From Actinomycetota bacterium (GTDB lineage Bacteria > Actinomycetota > UBA4738 > CALAEC01), in the NCBI GenBank assembly GCA_036001425.1, contig DASYUI010000035.1, forward strand, positions 1,756 to 65,755: a stretch of 64,000 bases of DNA, read 5' to 3'. Shown here in pieces: positions 52,040 through 61,666 of the stretch. A model generated the notes under the pieces. That model had not been told where the DNA came from, made no database searches, and saw only the letters and a list, made by a program, of their open reading frames with translations. A program made the translations under genes and the position numbers. Every line of letters begins with the position of its first letter. Position 1 is the first letter of the stretch.

Positions 52040-52882
52040 TCACTTCTCGCGAATGACGCCGAAGGTCAGCCCCGCGAGGACGTAGCGCCGGGCCAGCAAC
52101 ATCAACACGAGGGGAATGGCAATGGCGATCACCCCAGCCGCGGCCATCTCGTTCCAGATGATCTCGAACTGTGTCACCAGCCCCTGGACCCCAACCGGAA
52201 ACGTCTGGGCATCACGGGTCGCCGTGAGGATGAGCGCGAACAGGAACTCGCTCCAGGAGAAGGCGAAGATGATCACCGCCGACGCGAGCAGCCCCGGAGC
52301 GATCAGCGGTAGCAGGACACGTCGAAAGGCGACCAGTCTGGTGGCGCCGTCGACGTACGCCGCCTCCTCCACCTCTTGGGGAACCTCCGACAGGAACCCC
52401 TTCAGCATCCAGATGCCGAACGGCAGGTTGATCAGCGAGTAGACGAATACGAGAGCCATCGGATGGTTGTACAGACCGATGGTGCGGACGATCACGAAAT
52501 AGGGCACCACGACGGCGATCGGCGGGAGGAAGCGGAGCGAGAGAGCCCAGTTCAGCACCCAGACCCGCACGCCGCGCGACACCGGCAACCGTGTGATCGG
52601 ATACGTGATCGCCAGGCTGATCGTTAGCGTGATCAGGACGGTCAGGGAGCACACCAGCAGGCTGTTGCGCACCAGCCCCACGAACCCTCGGTCGAACAGC
52701 ACGCTGAGGTACGGGTCCAGCGTGGGGTGCTGAGCGATCAGGGTCGGCTTCGACGCGAAGAGCTCGGCGCGGCCCTTCACACTCGTGTTGACCAGCCAGT
52801 AGAGCGGAAACAGGTACACGAGCCCGAAGGTGGCAATGGCCAGCCACCCGATCAGCCTGAGCCCGCGGTGGGATCGACGCAT
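52040..52882 (-). CDS. carbohydrate ABC transporter permease (MalG-like)
   Basis: Six hydrophobic segments and the EAA loop 'EEAAYVDGATRLVAFRRVLLPL'. Confidence 0.9.
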   Translation of the reverse strand: MRRSHRGLRLIGWLAIATFGLVYLFPLYWLVNTSVKGRAELFASKPTLIAQHPTLDPYLSVLFDRGFVGLVRNSLLVCSLTVLITLTISLAITYPITRLPVSRGVRVWVLNWALSLRFLPPIAVVVPYFVIVRTIGLYNHPMALVFVYSLINLPFGIWMLKGFLSEVPQEVEEAAYVDGATRLVAFRRVLLPLIAPGLLASAVIIFAFSWSEFLFALILTATRDAQTFPVGVQGLVTQFEIIWNEMAAAGVIAIAIPLVLMLLARRYVLAGLTFGVIREK

Positions 52883-52885
52883 CGG

Positions 52886-53809
52886 TCAGTCACGCTCCAC
52901 GGGAAGGAGGCGGGAGACGCCGCTGTAGAGCAGGATCATCCCCACCAGGACCAAGATCGCCAGTGCCGCCGCCTCGCCCGAGTTGAAGAACTTGAAGCCG
53001 ACCCGGTACAGGTACAGGCTCAGCAGCTGCGTCGCGGTGCCCGGTCCCCCGCCGGTCAGCACGAAGATGTGGTCGAAGACGCGCAAGACGTCGGCCAACC
53101 GAAGGAAGAGAACGAGCAGGAGCAGCGGGCGAAGGTAGAAGAGCTCGATCCGGAAGAACAGCTGCCACCAGGTGGCGCCGTCGACCTGCGCCGCCTCCAC
53201 GGACTCCCGCGGGACGGTCTGGAGGCCGGCGAACATGACGAGGTAGACGAACGGCGTCCACTGCCAGATGTCGACGGAAGCGACCGACAGCATGGCGCTC
53301 GCCGGTTGGGAGAGCCAGGGGATCTCTCGCTGGATCAGGCCGGCCAGCTGGAGCAGGTGGTTGAGTGCACCGTAGTTGGGGGCGTAGATGAGACGGGCGA
53401 TAACGCCAACCCCGACGGGCGGGATGACGATCGGCATAATCGCGAAGACAAAGATCAGGGCGCGCACGGTCGGCGACCGTACCGAACGATGGACGAGCAG
53501 GGCCAGCGCGGTGCCAAGCGCGATCTCCGCGGGAAGAACGATGAGCGCGTAGATGCCGGTTGCGCGAAGCGCGACGTAGAGGAGCGGATTCGAAAGGGCC
53601 CGTGCGTAGTTCTGTGCGCCCACGAACGGACCGTCGCCGTCGGCGCGCAGGGAAGTGACGAGAGCGACCAGCAACGGCAGGAGGACGATGATGAAGACGA
53701 TCCCCACAACGGGGAGGAGCATCCGGTAGGCGAGGCGCTCCGGAGCGGTTGCGCCGAGGCGCCGCCTGGCAGCGGGCGGTAACGAAGCGGCGGGGACCGA
53801 CCCGCTCAT
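52886..53809 (-). CDS. carbohydrate ABC transporter permease (MalF-like)
   Basis: EAA loop 'ESVEAAQVDGATWWQLFFRIELFYL' and multiple TM segments. Confidence 0.9.
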   Translation of the reverse strand: MSGSVPAASLPPAARRRLGATAPERLAYRMLLPVVGIVFIIVLLPLLVALVTSLRADGDGPFVGAQNYARALSNPLLYVALRATGIYALIVLPAEIALGTALALLVHRSVRSPTVRALIFVFAIMPIVIPPVGVGVIARLIYAPNYGALNHLLQLAGLIQREIPWLSQPASAMLSVASVDIWQWTPFVYLVMFAGLQTVPRESVEAAQVDGATWWQLFFRIELFYLRPLLLLVLFLRLADVLRVFDHIFVLTGGGPGTATQLLSLYLYRVGFKFFNSGEAAALAILVLVGMILLYSGVSRLLPVERD

Positions 53810-53851
53810 CGAGCGCGCCGGTCCCCGACACTCAGGAGCAGCAGAACGAAC

Positions 53852-55150
53852 TTAGCCGTAGTAGCCAGCCTGCTCCATGATGTTGTGCACCTCATCGGAT
53901 GCGGCCTGGACCGCCTCCTCGGGGCTCATCTGCCCGGCGAGCGCGGCGTTCAGGTTCGTTCCGAGCACCGTTTCCACCGCGTTCCACTGGTCCGTCCGAG
54001 GGCGCCAGTTCGGCCCGGCGGCGAGGGACTCGGCCAGAGCGGCGAAGTAGGGGTTGGCCTCGTTCAGCTCGGCGTCGTTCAGGACGCTGGTCCGGCTGGG
54101 GATCCCGTCGTTCTCGGCATAGAGCCGCTGGGTGTCCTCCTCGGTCATCCACTTGATGAAGTCCGCCGCAGCCTGGCCGTTCTCAGCGGCCGTCGGGATG
54201 CCGAGCAGCCAGTTGCCCATCATCCCGAATCCCTGGCCGGAGGGTCCGGCGGGCATGGGGATGAACGTGACCTTTCCTTCAACCGTGGTCCCTTCACCCA
54301 ACACGATGCTGTTGACCTCGCCCGGCCACACGGTCGACTGCAGCGCCTCCCCGATGGCCATCAGGCGCGACCGGTCGGCGGCGTCCACGTTCTGAGGGCT
54401 CGACTCGGACACCGCCTTGAGGTCCTTGACCAGGAACTCCACGGCGGCCAGTGACTCCGGCGAGTCGAACACGACTTCCCAGTTCTCGTCGAAGACATCA
54501 CCGCCGAACGACCACAGGATCGGCAGGAAGTCGGCCACGATCGGATTGGTCGCCGCGCCGCGGATGGCGTAGCCGGCGAGGTTATCCGAGTTATTCTCCT
54601 TTGCGGCCGCCAGGACGTCGTCCCAGGACGCCGGCTCTTCCATCAGGTCGTTGCGGTACATGAACATCTCGACGTTGCCCACCACCGTGATGCCGAGCAG
54701 GTGCTGATCTTTGCCTTGCTCGCTCGGCGGGACCGGACCGCGCGGGGGCGGCCACGTGCCGACCTCGTAGATCACGTCGGCGATGTCTGAATCCCGCTCG
54801 AAGCCGTAATTCGAATCGAGGGGCTGGAGCCAGTCCTCCGTCCCGAACTTCGGCATCCACGGGTCGTCGAGCATCACCAGGTCATAGGTCGGCTCGTTCG
54901 CTTCGAAGGTCGTCACGAGCTTCTCGAAAAGTTGCGGGTACGGGAGCTCCTCGATCTGCAGCGTGACGCCGGTCTCCTGCTTGTAGTCGTCGGCAAGGGC
55001 CTTGATGCCGAGCGACTCGTTTCCTTGGACCGCGGCGATGACGAGCCGATCCGTCTTCCCTTCCTCGCCCCCTCCGCCGCCACCTTGGCAAGCGGCCATG
55101 ACGAGCATGACCACGGCCGATAGGGCGATCAGCTTGGTACGCTCCCCCAC
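53852..55150 (-). CDS. ABC transporter extracellular sugar-binding lipoprotein
   Basis: Lipobox 'VMLVMAAC' followed by a Gly-rich linker. The size and composition fit a family-1 solute-binding protein. No ATPase gene is present in the cluster. Confidence 0.85.
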   Translation of the reverse strand: MGERTKLIALSAVVMLVMAACQGGGGGGEEGKTDRLVIAAVQGNESLGIKALADDYKQETGVTLQIEELPYPQLFEKLVTTFEANEPTYDLVMLDDPWMPKFGTEDWLQPLDSNYGFERDSDIADVIYEVGTWPPPRGPVPPSEQGKDQHLLGITVVGNVEMFMYRNDLMEEPASWDDVLAAAKENNSDNLAGYAIRGAATNPIVADFLPILWSFGGDVFDENWEVVFDSPESLAAVEFLVKDLKAVSESSPQNVDAADRSRLMAIGEALQSTVWPGEVNSIVLGEGTTVEGKVTFIPMPAGPSGQGFGMMGNWLLGIPTAAENGQAAADFIKWMTEEDTQRLYAENDGIPSRTSVLNDAELNEANPYFAALAESLAAGPNWRPRTDQWNAVETVLGTNLNAALAGQMSPEEAVQAASDEVHNIMEQAGYYG

Positions 55151-55276
55151 GGGTCCCCCTTCCTCGCGGGCTTCTCGGTGCGCTGGCGATAATCATCACC
55201 CCACAGCCGGTCACTATGCCACCCGCGACCGCGTAGGGCCACCTCCGGCAGGGCCATTGACCTGCGGGGTTGATCG

Positions 55277-55316
55277 TGCGGCGGGGAGGACCTGAACCTC
55301 CGACCTACGGATTACG
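55277..55316 (-). other. tRNA-Thr(CGT)-like 3' half fragment (anticodon loop to acceptor)
   Basis: Reverse complement reads CGTAATCCGTAGGTC GGAGG TTCAGGT CCTCC CCGCCGCA. An intact T-arm is present, but there is no matching 5' acceptor, D-arm or anticodon 5' stem upstream. Confidence 0.5.
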
Positions 55317-55370
55317 CCTTCACCGGGGGCCATGGTCGGCCAACGGGCGCAACCGGCATACTCAACGGCG

Positions 55371-55829
55371 ATGAGCGGGGTCGAGGTGCGTCCGGTCCGG
55401 CGACAGGAGCTGGAAGAGCTCCTCCCGCTGGTCGACGGCTACCAGCGGTTCTATGGCGGGGAACCGGATGCCGAGCGCAACCGGCGGTTCTTCTCCCGGT
55501 TCCTCCACCCCAGCGACGAGGGGCTCCTCCTCGGCGCGTGGGCGAACGGGGGCCTGGTGGGGTTCGCCACGTTGTACTGGTTCCATAGCTCCACGAAGGC
55601 GGCGGACACCGTGCTGATGAACGACCTGTTCGTGCGGGAGGACGTCCGTGGCGGAGGCGTCGGTCGGGCGCTCATCCAGGCTGCCCTCGACGAGGCTCGC
55701 CGGCGCGGGGCCGGGCACCTCGAGTGGTACACGGGACCGGACAACCTGACGGCGCAACGACTCTACGATTCGTTTCCCGGCGCCAGACGTTCCACCTGGT
55801 ACGCCTACGAGATCGAGGCCGAGGACTGA
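55371..55829 (+). CDS. GNAT family N-acetyltransferase
   Basis: 'VREDVRGGGVGRALIQAALDEARRRGAGHLEWYT' is the acetyl-CoA-binding motif A. Confidence 0.85.
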   Translation: MSGVEVRPVRRQELEELLPLVDGYQRFYGGEPDAERNRRFFSRFLHPSDEGLLLGAWANGGLVGFATLYWFHSSTKAADTVLMNDLFVREDVRGGGVGRALIQAALDEARRRGAGHLEWYTGPDNLTAQRLYDSFPGARRSTWYAYEIEAED

Positions 55830-55833
55830 CCGG

Positions 55834-56589
55834 TCAGCCCTCCGGCCGTTGGGAGGCCTCTTCCGTCTTCCGCCTGAGCTCTTGCGCACGCTCCGCCGCG
55901 CGGTCGGCCTTCCGCCGGGCTCGCTCAGCGTCCTGCCGGGTACGCTCCGCCTGCTGCTCCATCCGGCGGGCCTCGCTGTCGGCCTCCTTGGCGGCTTCCT
56001 CCGCATCCCGAGCTTGCGCCTCCGCGCGCTGAGCACGCTCCCGGGCCTGCCGGTCTCGCGTCGAGGCGGCCTTCGCGGGAACGGGGATCTGCCCCGCCAG
56101 GCCCTCGAACCCCGAGGGCGGCGCCAGCTCGCGTTCCAGGCGCCCGGCCCGGACAGCGTCGGCCGCCTCCCCATCCCCCGTGGCCGCCATCAGCGTGTCC
56201 CCCACCTTGTCGAGGGTGGACCGGCTGGCCGCGTGCCCGGCCCGGGCCAGCAGGTCCTCGGCCCGGTCGAGGAGCCGGTCCACGACTCGCCGACGACGAC
56301 CGGTGATCTCGCGGATCTTCTCCGCCCCGCCCCCGGACAGCGCCCCTCGCTGCGCCGCCCGCACCTCCTCTCCCAGCGAGAGCAGCTCTTGGACTTCGCT
56401 CCGATGGTTGCGGATGAGCTGGTTGACGGCCCACGCGGCCACGCTGGGCCGGCGGAGCTTCTTGATTCGGGCGGCGGAGGCGGCGTCGCCGTGTCCTTGG
56501 AGCTCCGCCGCAAGCCGGTCCCGGGCGGGGGTGAACTCATCGAGTGGAAGCCCGTACAACCGGTCGAGGTGTTCGTTGGTGTCGGCCAT
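55834..56589 (-). CDS. hypothetical protein with C-terminal charged coiled coil
   Basis: 'MADTNEHLDRLYGLPLDEFTPARDRLAAEL...' followed by 'RERAQRAEAQARDAEEAAKEADSEARRMEQQAERTRQDAERARRKADRAAERAQELRRK'. Confidence 0.6.
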   Translation of the reverse strand: MADTNEHLDRLYGLPLDEFTPARDRLAAELQGHGDAASAARIKKLRRPSVAAWAVNQLIRNHRSEVQELLSLGEEVRAAQRGALSGGGAEKIREITGRRRRVVDRLLDRAEDLLARAGHAASRSTLDKVGDTLMAATGDGEAADAVRAGRLERELAPPSGFEGLAGQIPVPAKAASTRDRQARERAQRAEAQARDAEEAAKEADSEARRMEQQAERTRQDAERARRKADRAAERAQELRRKTEEASQRPEG

Positions 56590-57143
56590 CCCAAGGGCAG
56601 GTTACCTCCGACCGACCCCGGAGATACGTCGCTGAGCCGCGATGGCGGTCCGTCGGCCGTTCGTCCTCAGAGCGTCGGCGGTAGGCCGAATGCCGGGAAC
56701 AGCCCGGTGCCGAACATCGTGATCAGCAGTTTCGGCGCCCGACGTTACTCAACGTTTTGCATCCTTTCGCAGTCCGTCGCGGGGCACATGCGGGGCACAT
56801 CTCCCTTCGAACCGGCTCGCCGAGGCAAATCTCAGTTACCAAGAATTCGAGAATTGACTCCCTCCCGGTCCACCAGTACGAAGGTGTGACCGGGCTCGGA
56901 TCCCATGGCCCAGCGCATCACCCCGGGGGCGCTGGCAACTCCGTTTAGGGCACCCGAACACTCGCAACCCGGCAAAACTAACGACCTGAGGGGTCGCATT
57001 GCCATGGCCTCGCAGCAGTCGGCCGCGCCGGATTCGGCGGGCCAGCGCCGTTCCTTCCTACGCCGACGATCCCGCACAACATCGAAACCGCTCTCCGAGC
57101 GCTCTTGCGCGGCACCGCATGGCTCCGTTAGAACTTCCCCGAA

Positions 57144-57767
57144 ATGACCGCTCTCGCCCAGTCGGTCCCCCGCCCGAGGACCATCGCCTTCGATGCGGCG
57201 CTGGTGGTCTTGGGCAGCCTGGTGGTAGCGGGGCTGGCCCAGGTCTCCATCCATTTCCGGTTCGTCCCCATCACGGGCCAGACGCTGGGCGTGCTCCTCG
57301 TGGCCGCGGCCTTGGGGGCGGCACGAGGCGCGGCAGCGATCGCCCTCTACCTTGCGGAGGGGACTGTGGGGCTCCCCGTGTTCGCCGAAGGGAGGAGCGG
57401 TGTCGAATTTCTTCTCCTGCGCGACCCCCTGCACGTTACCGGAGGCTATCTGTGGGGCTTCGTCCTGGCAGCAGCGGTCGTGGGCGTCCTCGCCGAGCGG
57501 GGATGGGACCGCCGCCCCGGCAGCGCCCTGGGGGCCATGTTCCTGGGCAACGTGTCAATCTATCTCGTCGGGCTTCCCTGGCTTGCTGCCTCCCTTGGCA
57601 TCCCCGTGGTGGACCCGGCGGCCTCCCCCTGCGACCTGGCCACCGCCTCAGGGTGCGACGCCCTGGAGCTTGGCCTGTACCCGTTCGTGGTTGGGGATAC
57701 TGTCAAGCTGTTACTGGCGGCGGGGGCCCTGCCAGCCGTCTGGCGCCTCACGCGTCGCCGCCGATGA
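57144..57767 (+). CDS. bioY: biotin transporter BioY (ECF S-component)
   Basis: 'VPITGQTLGVLLVAAALGAARGAAAIALYLAEGTVGLPVFA...GGYLWGFVLAA...YLVGLPWL' is the BioY signature. Confidence 0.85.
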   Translation: MTALAQSVPRPRTIAFDAALVVLGSLVVAGLAQVSIHFRFVPITGQTLGVLLVAAALGAARGAAAIALYLAEGTVGLPVFAEGRSGVEFLLLRDPLHVTGGYLWGFVLAAAVVGVLAERGWDRRPGSALGAMFLGNVSIYLVGLPWLAASLGIPVVDPAASPCDLATASGCDALELGLYPFVVGDTVKLLLAAGALPAVWRLTRRRR

Positions 57768-58245
57768 GCACGAGGTGGCGGCCAACCTCCCTGGCGGCGA
57801 GTACCTTGGTGAGGTCACGGTTACGATGGGCCGCCCCAGCTTCGCCGTCGCCAACACTCACTGGGGCTTCGGCGGGAGATGCCCCCGACGGCGCCCACCA
57901 GGCGCTAGGTTTGACGCAAGATCTCGCAAGCACCCCCGAACACAGGGCGGTCCTCGGGCTTGGGATATTCCTTCCTTCTGTCCATTGATCAGGCGCTCTC
58001 GGCCACTCGGCTTCGGCGAAGACGCGAGGTCCATACCACCCCCACCGGATCGGCTGCCCGCCTGATCGACCGATTCAACAGATCGTGAGGAGGGAAGGCA
58101 CAAGGCCTCCCATCCTCAGCCACTTCGGACCGGCTGAGGCGCGCCGGCGGCGACACTGTCGCCGAACGAACAGTCGCGGACGCCGAGCCACGGTCGCAAG
58201 GTTGTGAGGGGCGATGACCAAAACTCGAGGAGGAAGGAACCACAG

Positions 58246-58605
58246 ATGGTGACCCAGGTGACGACCGAGGTCTTCCGGCCGGAGGTCCTGGAGAGCGACA
58301 GGCCCGTGGTGGTCGACTTCTACGCCGACTGGTGCCTGCCGTGCCGGCAGCTCGAGCCGGAGATCGAAGCCCTGTCGGAGCAGTGGGAAGCGCGGGTCCG
58401 GTTCGCCAAGCTCGACGTCGATCGAGCCCCGGAGCTGGCGCAGCGGTACAGAGTCTTTTCGATTCCTACGGTTCTGCGGTTCGAGCAGGGCAAGGTCAAG
58501 GCCAGAACCATGGGAGCCAAGCCCGGATCCCAGATCGCGATCGAACTCGGACTCGAGGACCACGAAGCGCCGGCGCACGAGTCCGGGTTGGAATGCGCGT
58601 GCTGA
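58246..58605 (+). CDS. thioredoxin (WCLPC active site, C-terminal CAC)
   Basis: 'VVVDFYADWCLPCRQLEPEIE...FSIPTVLRFEQGK'. RBS GAGGAGGAAGG. Confidence 0.85.
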   Translation: MVTQVTTEVFRPEVLESDRPVVVDFYADWCLPCRQLEPEIEALSEQWEARVRFAKLDVDRAPELAQRYRVFSIPTVLRFEQGKVKARTMGAKPGSQIAIELGLEDHEAPAHESGLECAC

Positions 58606-58717
58606 GCCTCGACCCGATCAGAAGGGCAAGCCATTGGCCCCGGGCCACAGGACGCTAGGCCCTGCCGGGGGGTCCTGAACAGGCAAAGACTGAGCGTGAG
58701 TGGAGGAGGAGATCAGC

Positions 58718-59305
58718 ATGAGATCCGACATCCAAGTGGGAGCCACGTTCCCCGACTACGAGCTGACCGATCACACGGGGACGCGGAGGAAGCTCTCCGA
58801 CCTCCAGGAGGACGACCCGATGATCCTGGTGCTCTCGCGAGGGCACTTCTGCCCCAAGGACCGGCGGCAGATGCGGAACCTCGTGGAGTTCTACCCCGAG
58901 CTCAAGGTGGGGTACACGAGGATCGTGACCATCTCCACGGACAACCTGATCCAGACCAACGAGCTCCGGGACGCCCTAGGGGCGCAGTGGCCGTTCCTGT
59001 CAGACCCCGGACGGAAGGTCCAGAAGGACCTGGACATCAAGGAGTACACCGACCCGCACAACGACCCGATGATCCCCCACACCATCGTGCTGGAGCCGGG
59101 GCTCAAGGTCTTCAAGATCTACAACGGGTACTGGTACTGGGGGCGGCCGTCGGTCGAAGACCTCCACGGCGACCTCCGGGAGATGTTCAACAAGATCCGG
59201 CCCGACTGGGACATCTCAAAGCCGGAGCTCCAGGAAGCGTGGGAGCGGGGCGAGCGGGAGCGGTTCTTCCCTTACAAGAGCAAGGCGCGGGGGGTAGCGG
59301 CATGA
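58718..59305 (+). CDS. redoxin / peroxiredoxin-like (AhpC/TSA family) protein
   Basis: 'FPDYELTDHTGTRRKLSDL..DPMILVLSRGHFCPKDRRQ' with a single Cys in the thioredoxin-fold position. RBS GGAGGAGGAG. Confidence 0.7.
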   Translation: MRSDIQVGATFPDYELTDHTGTRRKLSDLQEDDPMILVLSRGHFCPKDRRQMRNLVEFYPELKVGYTRIVTISTDNLIQTNELRDALGAQWPFLSDPGRKVQKDLDIKEYTDPHNDPMIPHTIVLEPGLKVFKIYNGYWYWGRPSVEDLHGDLREMFNKIRPDWDISKPELQEAWERGERERFFPYKSKARGVAA

Positions 59306-59665
59306 CGCACCCGCTGGGCTGGACCCTGGGGATGTCTGCCTTCACCCCACCTGCAGTACGAGGAGACGTGCCAAACGGGGATGGCAGACAGCGGCAGGAA
59401 GACCGTCGGCCTCGAGGGGAGCTCCGGAGGATGCACCGTGAGGTTCGCCGCCTCCCAAGACGCCGGACCGAGGCGCGGTCGCTGAGAGGCTTCTTCCATC
59501 CGTTCGGCGTGGGGACGCTCTCACTGGACTGGCGGCGCGAGCGAGAGGCGCACGCCAAGGTTTGCCTCTGGCTGGTGGAAGGATCCGATCCAGGGAAATG
59601 TCCGCCAGCACACAGTGTTGACAAGCTGGGGAGCCTAAGAGAGAGACCCCAATAAGAGGAGTGAC

Positions 59666-60346
59666 ATGTCCGACGGGATGCTTCGACACGCCGCCTGGAT
59701 CGCCCGAGCCCTGGGACGGGCGGAGCTCTCGCCGTTCTCCTCGGAGGACATGCGAGAACTCGCCTCGTCGATCGGGGTGCGACGGGTCTCGTCCGGCACC
59801 AAGCTCATGACCCAAGGGAAGCCGGTCACCTTCATCGGGGTCATCGAGGAGGGCGAGGTCGAGCTCTATCACCGGGCGGGGCTCCGCCGTGTGATGATCC
59901 AGATCCTCCGCTCCGGCGACACCATGGGAGACATCCCTTACTTCTGCCAGAAAGACGCCCCGTTCAGCGCGCGAGCCATCACGGACGTGGTGCTGATCCA
60001 GTTGGATGAGGCGGTGCTCGACCGCCTCTTCCAGACGCGGCCGGCCTTGTGTCGTCGCTATCTGTACAGCCTGGCGGCTCGCCTGGAGCGCAGCCAGCTC
60101 CGCCTACTCCAGCTGACCCGGGGTGATCTCCGCTCCCAGGTGGCCGCTCTCCTGTTGGACGAAACGGAGGGACACGAGGGGAGCATCCGCCTTCCCCAGT
60201 CCACGCTCGCCGAGTTGCTCGGGGCCACGCGCCCCAGCGTGAACCGCGTCCTGAAGGCGTTCGAGGCGGAGGGCCTTATCAGTGTGGACTACCGGCACGT
60301 AGAGATCAGGGATCGGAATGGCCTGCGGGCGCTCGTCCCCTCGTGA
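59666..60346 (+). CDS. Crp/Fnr family transcriptional regulator
   Basis: cNMP-binding-like beta-roll 'GTKLMTQGKPVTFIGVIEEGEVELY'. C-terminal HTH 'QSTLAELLGATRPSVNRVLKAFEAEGLI'. Confidence 0.85.
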   Translation: MSDGMLRHAAWIARALGRAELSPFSSEDMRELASSIGVRRVSSGTKLMTQGKPVTFIGVIEEGEVELYHRAGLRRVMIQILRSGDTMGDIPYFCQKDAPFSARAITDVVLIQLDEAVLDRLFQTRPALCRRYLYSLAARLERSQLRLLQLTRGDLRSQVAALLLDETEGHEGSIRLPQSTLAELLGATRPSVNRVLKAFEAEGLISVDYRHVEIRDRNGLRALVPS

Positions 60347-60571
60347 GGCCTCGCGGGATGGATCCGGCCGGTCAGGACATCATCGTCCCGGAGCTGCGAA
60401 ACGCTCCGGAACGAACGTGACGTCGTCGAAGCTGGGAGGGAGGAACCATGGCCTGGGTGGAGATCGCCCCCGAGGCTCGGGACCACGACTACTGTGCTGG
60501 CGTCCCACAGCATCGAAGCGACGTTACTAAACTGGCCCCGAGGCTGCCTTAACGCTCCCGTTACGGAGGTG

Positions 60572-60991
60572 ATGGCAATGGCGAATCCCCACTTCCCCGC
60601 ACCCGAGGAGGGGATGGTCCTCACCACGCTCTTGATCGTCGAAGACCAGGACCGCTCACGAGACTTCTACACGAAGGTCCTCGGAGCGGAGGTCGTGATG
60701 GAGCGGGACCCCGTGATCCTCCAGTTCCACAACTCCTGGATCATCATCAACGTGGGGGGCGGACCAACCGAGGACAAACCTGACGTTGAGATGGTGACGC
60801 CACAGGATCCGAAGCGCGTCAGCGCCTGCATGAACATCCGGGTCGCAGACGTCCACGCCGTGTACGAGGACTGGAAGGCCAAAGGCGCGGAGTTCCTTAC
60901 GCCGCCGCAGGACCGTGGTCGTGAGATCCGCTGCTACATCCGCGACCCCGACGGCCACCTGATCGAGGTCGGCCAGTCGAAGATGGGCTAG
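60572..60991 (+). CDS. VOC (glyoxalase/bleomycin-resistance/dioxygenase) family protein
   Basis: 'LLIVEDQDRSRDFYTKVLGAEVVME' and 'YIRDPDGHLIEV'. RBS GGAGGTG. Confidence 0.8.
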   Translation: MAMANPHFPAPEEGMVLTTLLIVEDQDRSRDFYTKVLGAEVVMERDPVILQFHNSWIIINVGGGPTEDKPDVEMVTPQDPKRVSACMNIRVADVHAVYEDWKAKGAEFLTPPQDRGREIRCYIRDPDGHLIEVGQSKMG

Positions 60992-61151
60992 GTCGTCCCG
61001 GACAATCGCACCTCCGAGCAACGGATCATCAGTCCGCCGGTCCAGTGTGCTGGTTCAGTTCCCAAGCGGATTGCAGCATGAATGCGGCATGGACGGCCTG
61101 CTCCGATTCGGGCTCGACCACCCGAAGATGGGCGCTGACCTGCGCCTTCGC

Positions 61152-61195
61152 TGGTGGGGCGGGCAGGACTTGAACCTGCGACCTACGGATACGAG
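61152..61195 (-). other. tRNA-Thr(CGT)-like 3' half fragment ending in encoded CCA
   Basis: Reverse complement reads CTCGTATCCGTAGGTC GCAGG TTCAAGT CCTGC CCGCCCC ACCA. No GGGG[CT]GG 5' acceptor occurs within the next 600 nt. Confidence 0.5.
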
Positions 61196-61666
61196 TTTGA
61201 TCCGGAGCGATGGGAGAACCAGGCGAAACACGGGAACTTCGTGTCTGACCAGCGCGTTTGGCTATTCAAAGCTACCCGACTTTGCCCAACGTTTCGCGGT
61301 CCATCGCGGGACAAATACCGGACACATCATCCCTCCGGCGCGTACCTAAGACGGCGGCGAGGTACTCCACGCCTAACCATCGATCGCGCTGATTGAGTGC
61401 AAGTAGCACCCATTTGGACACCCTCCGCCTTCCGACCGTCTCGGAAGTGGCTGGGCCCAGACGACGGCCATCCCGATGCGACGGGCAGATGGTCCGAGTC
61501 CTCTCGGGGACACGAGTCCCTCTTCCCTCGGAGAGGCGAGCCTCACAACCCGACCCCCACAAGGCCAAATCCCTCCGGAATTTAAGGATCTTGCAAGAGT
61601 CTCGACAGGGTGTTGCAAGGTGCAGGGCCTAGCCTTGAGGGTGCTACTGGAGAGAGGAGGCGACCA

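Noticed and set aside
56779-56800. Tandem 11-mer GCGGGGCACAT x2 in the gap upstream of bioY
   Set aside because: It is a single duplication with no further copies, and I could recognise no known biotin-regulator operator or riboswitch pattern. It is too little evidence for a feature.
61152-61570. tmRNA (ssrA) hypothesis for the CCA-ending tRNA-like 3' end
   Set aside because: No 5' GGGG[CU]GG acceptor partner and no TTCGAC-type 5' motif lies within 600 nt. No tag reading frame ends in a hydrophobic A-A type tail. The short similarity 'ATCAGCGCGA' to the mycobacterial tag region is probably chance.
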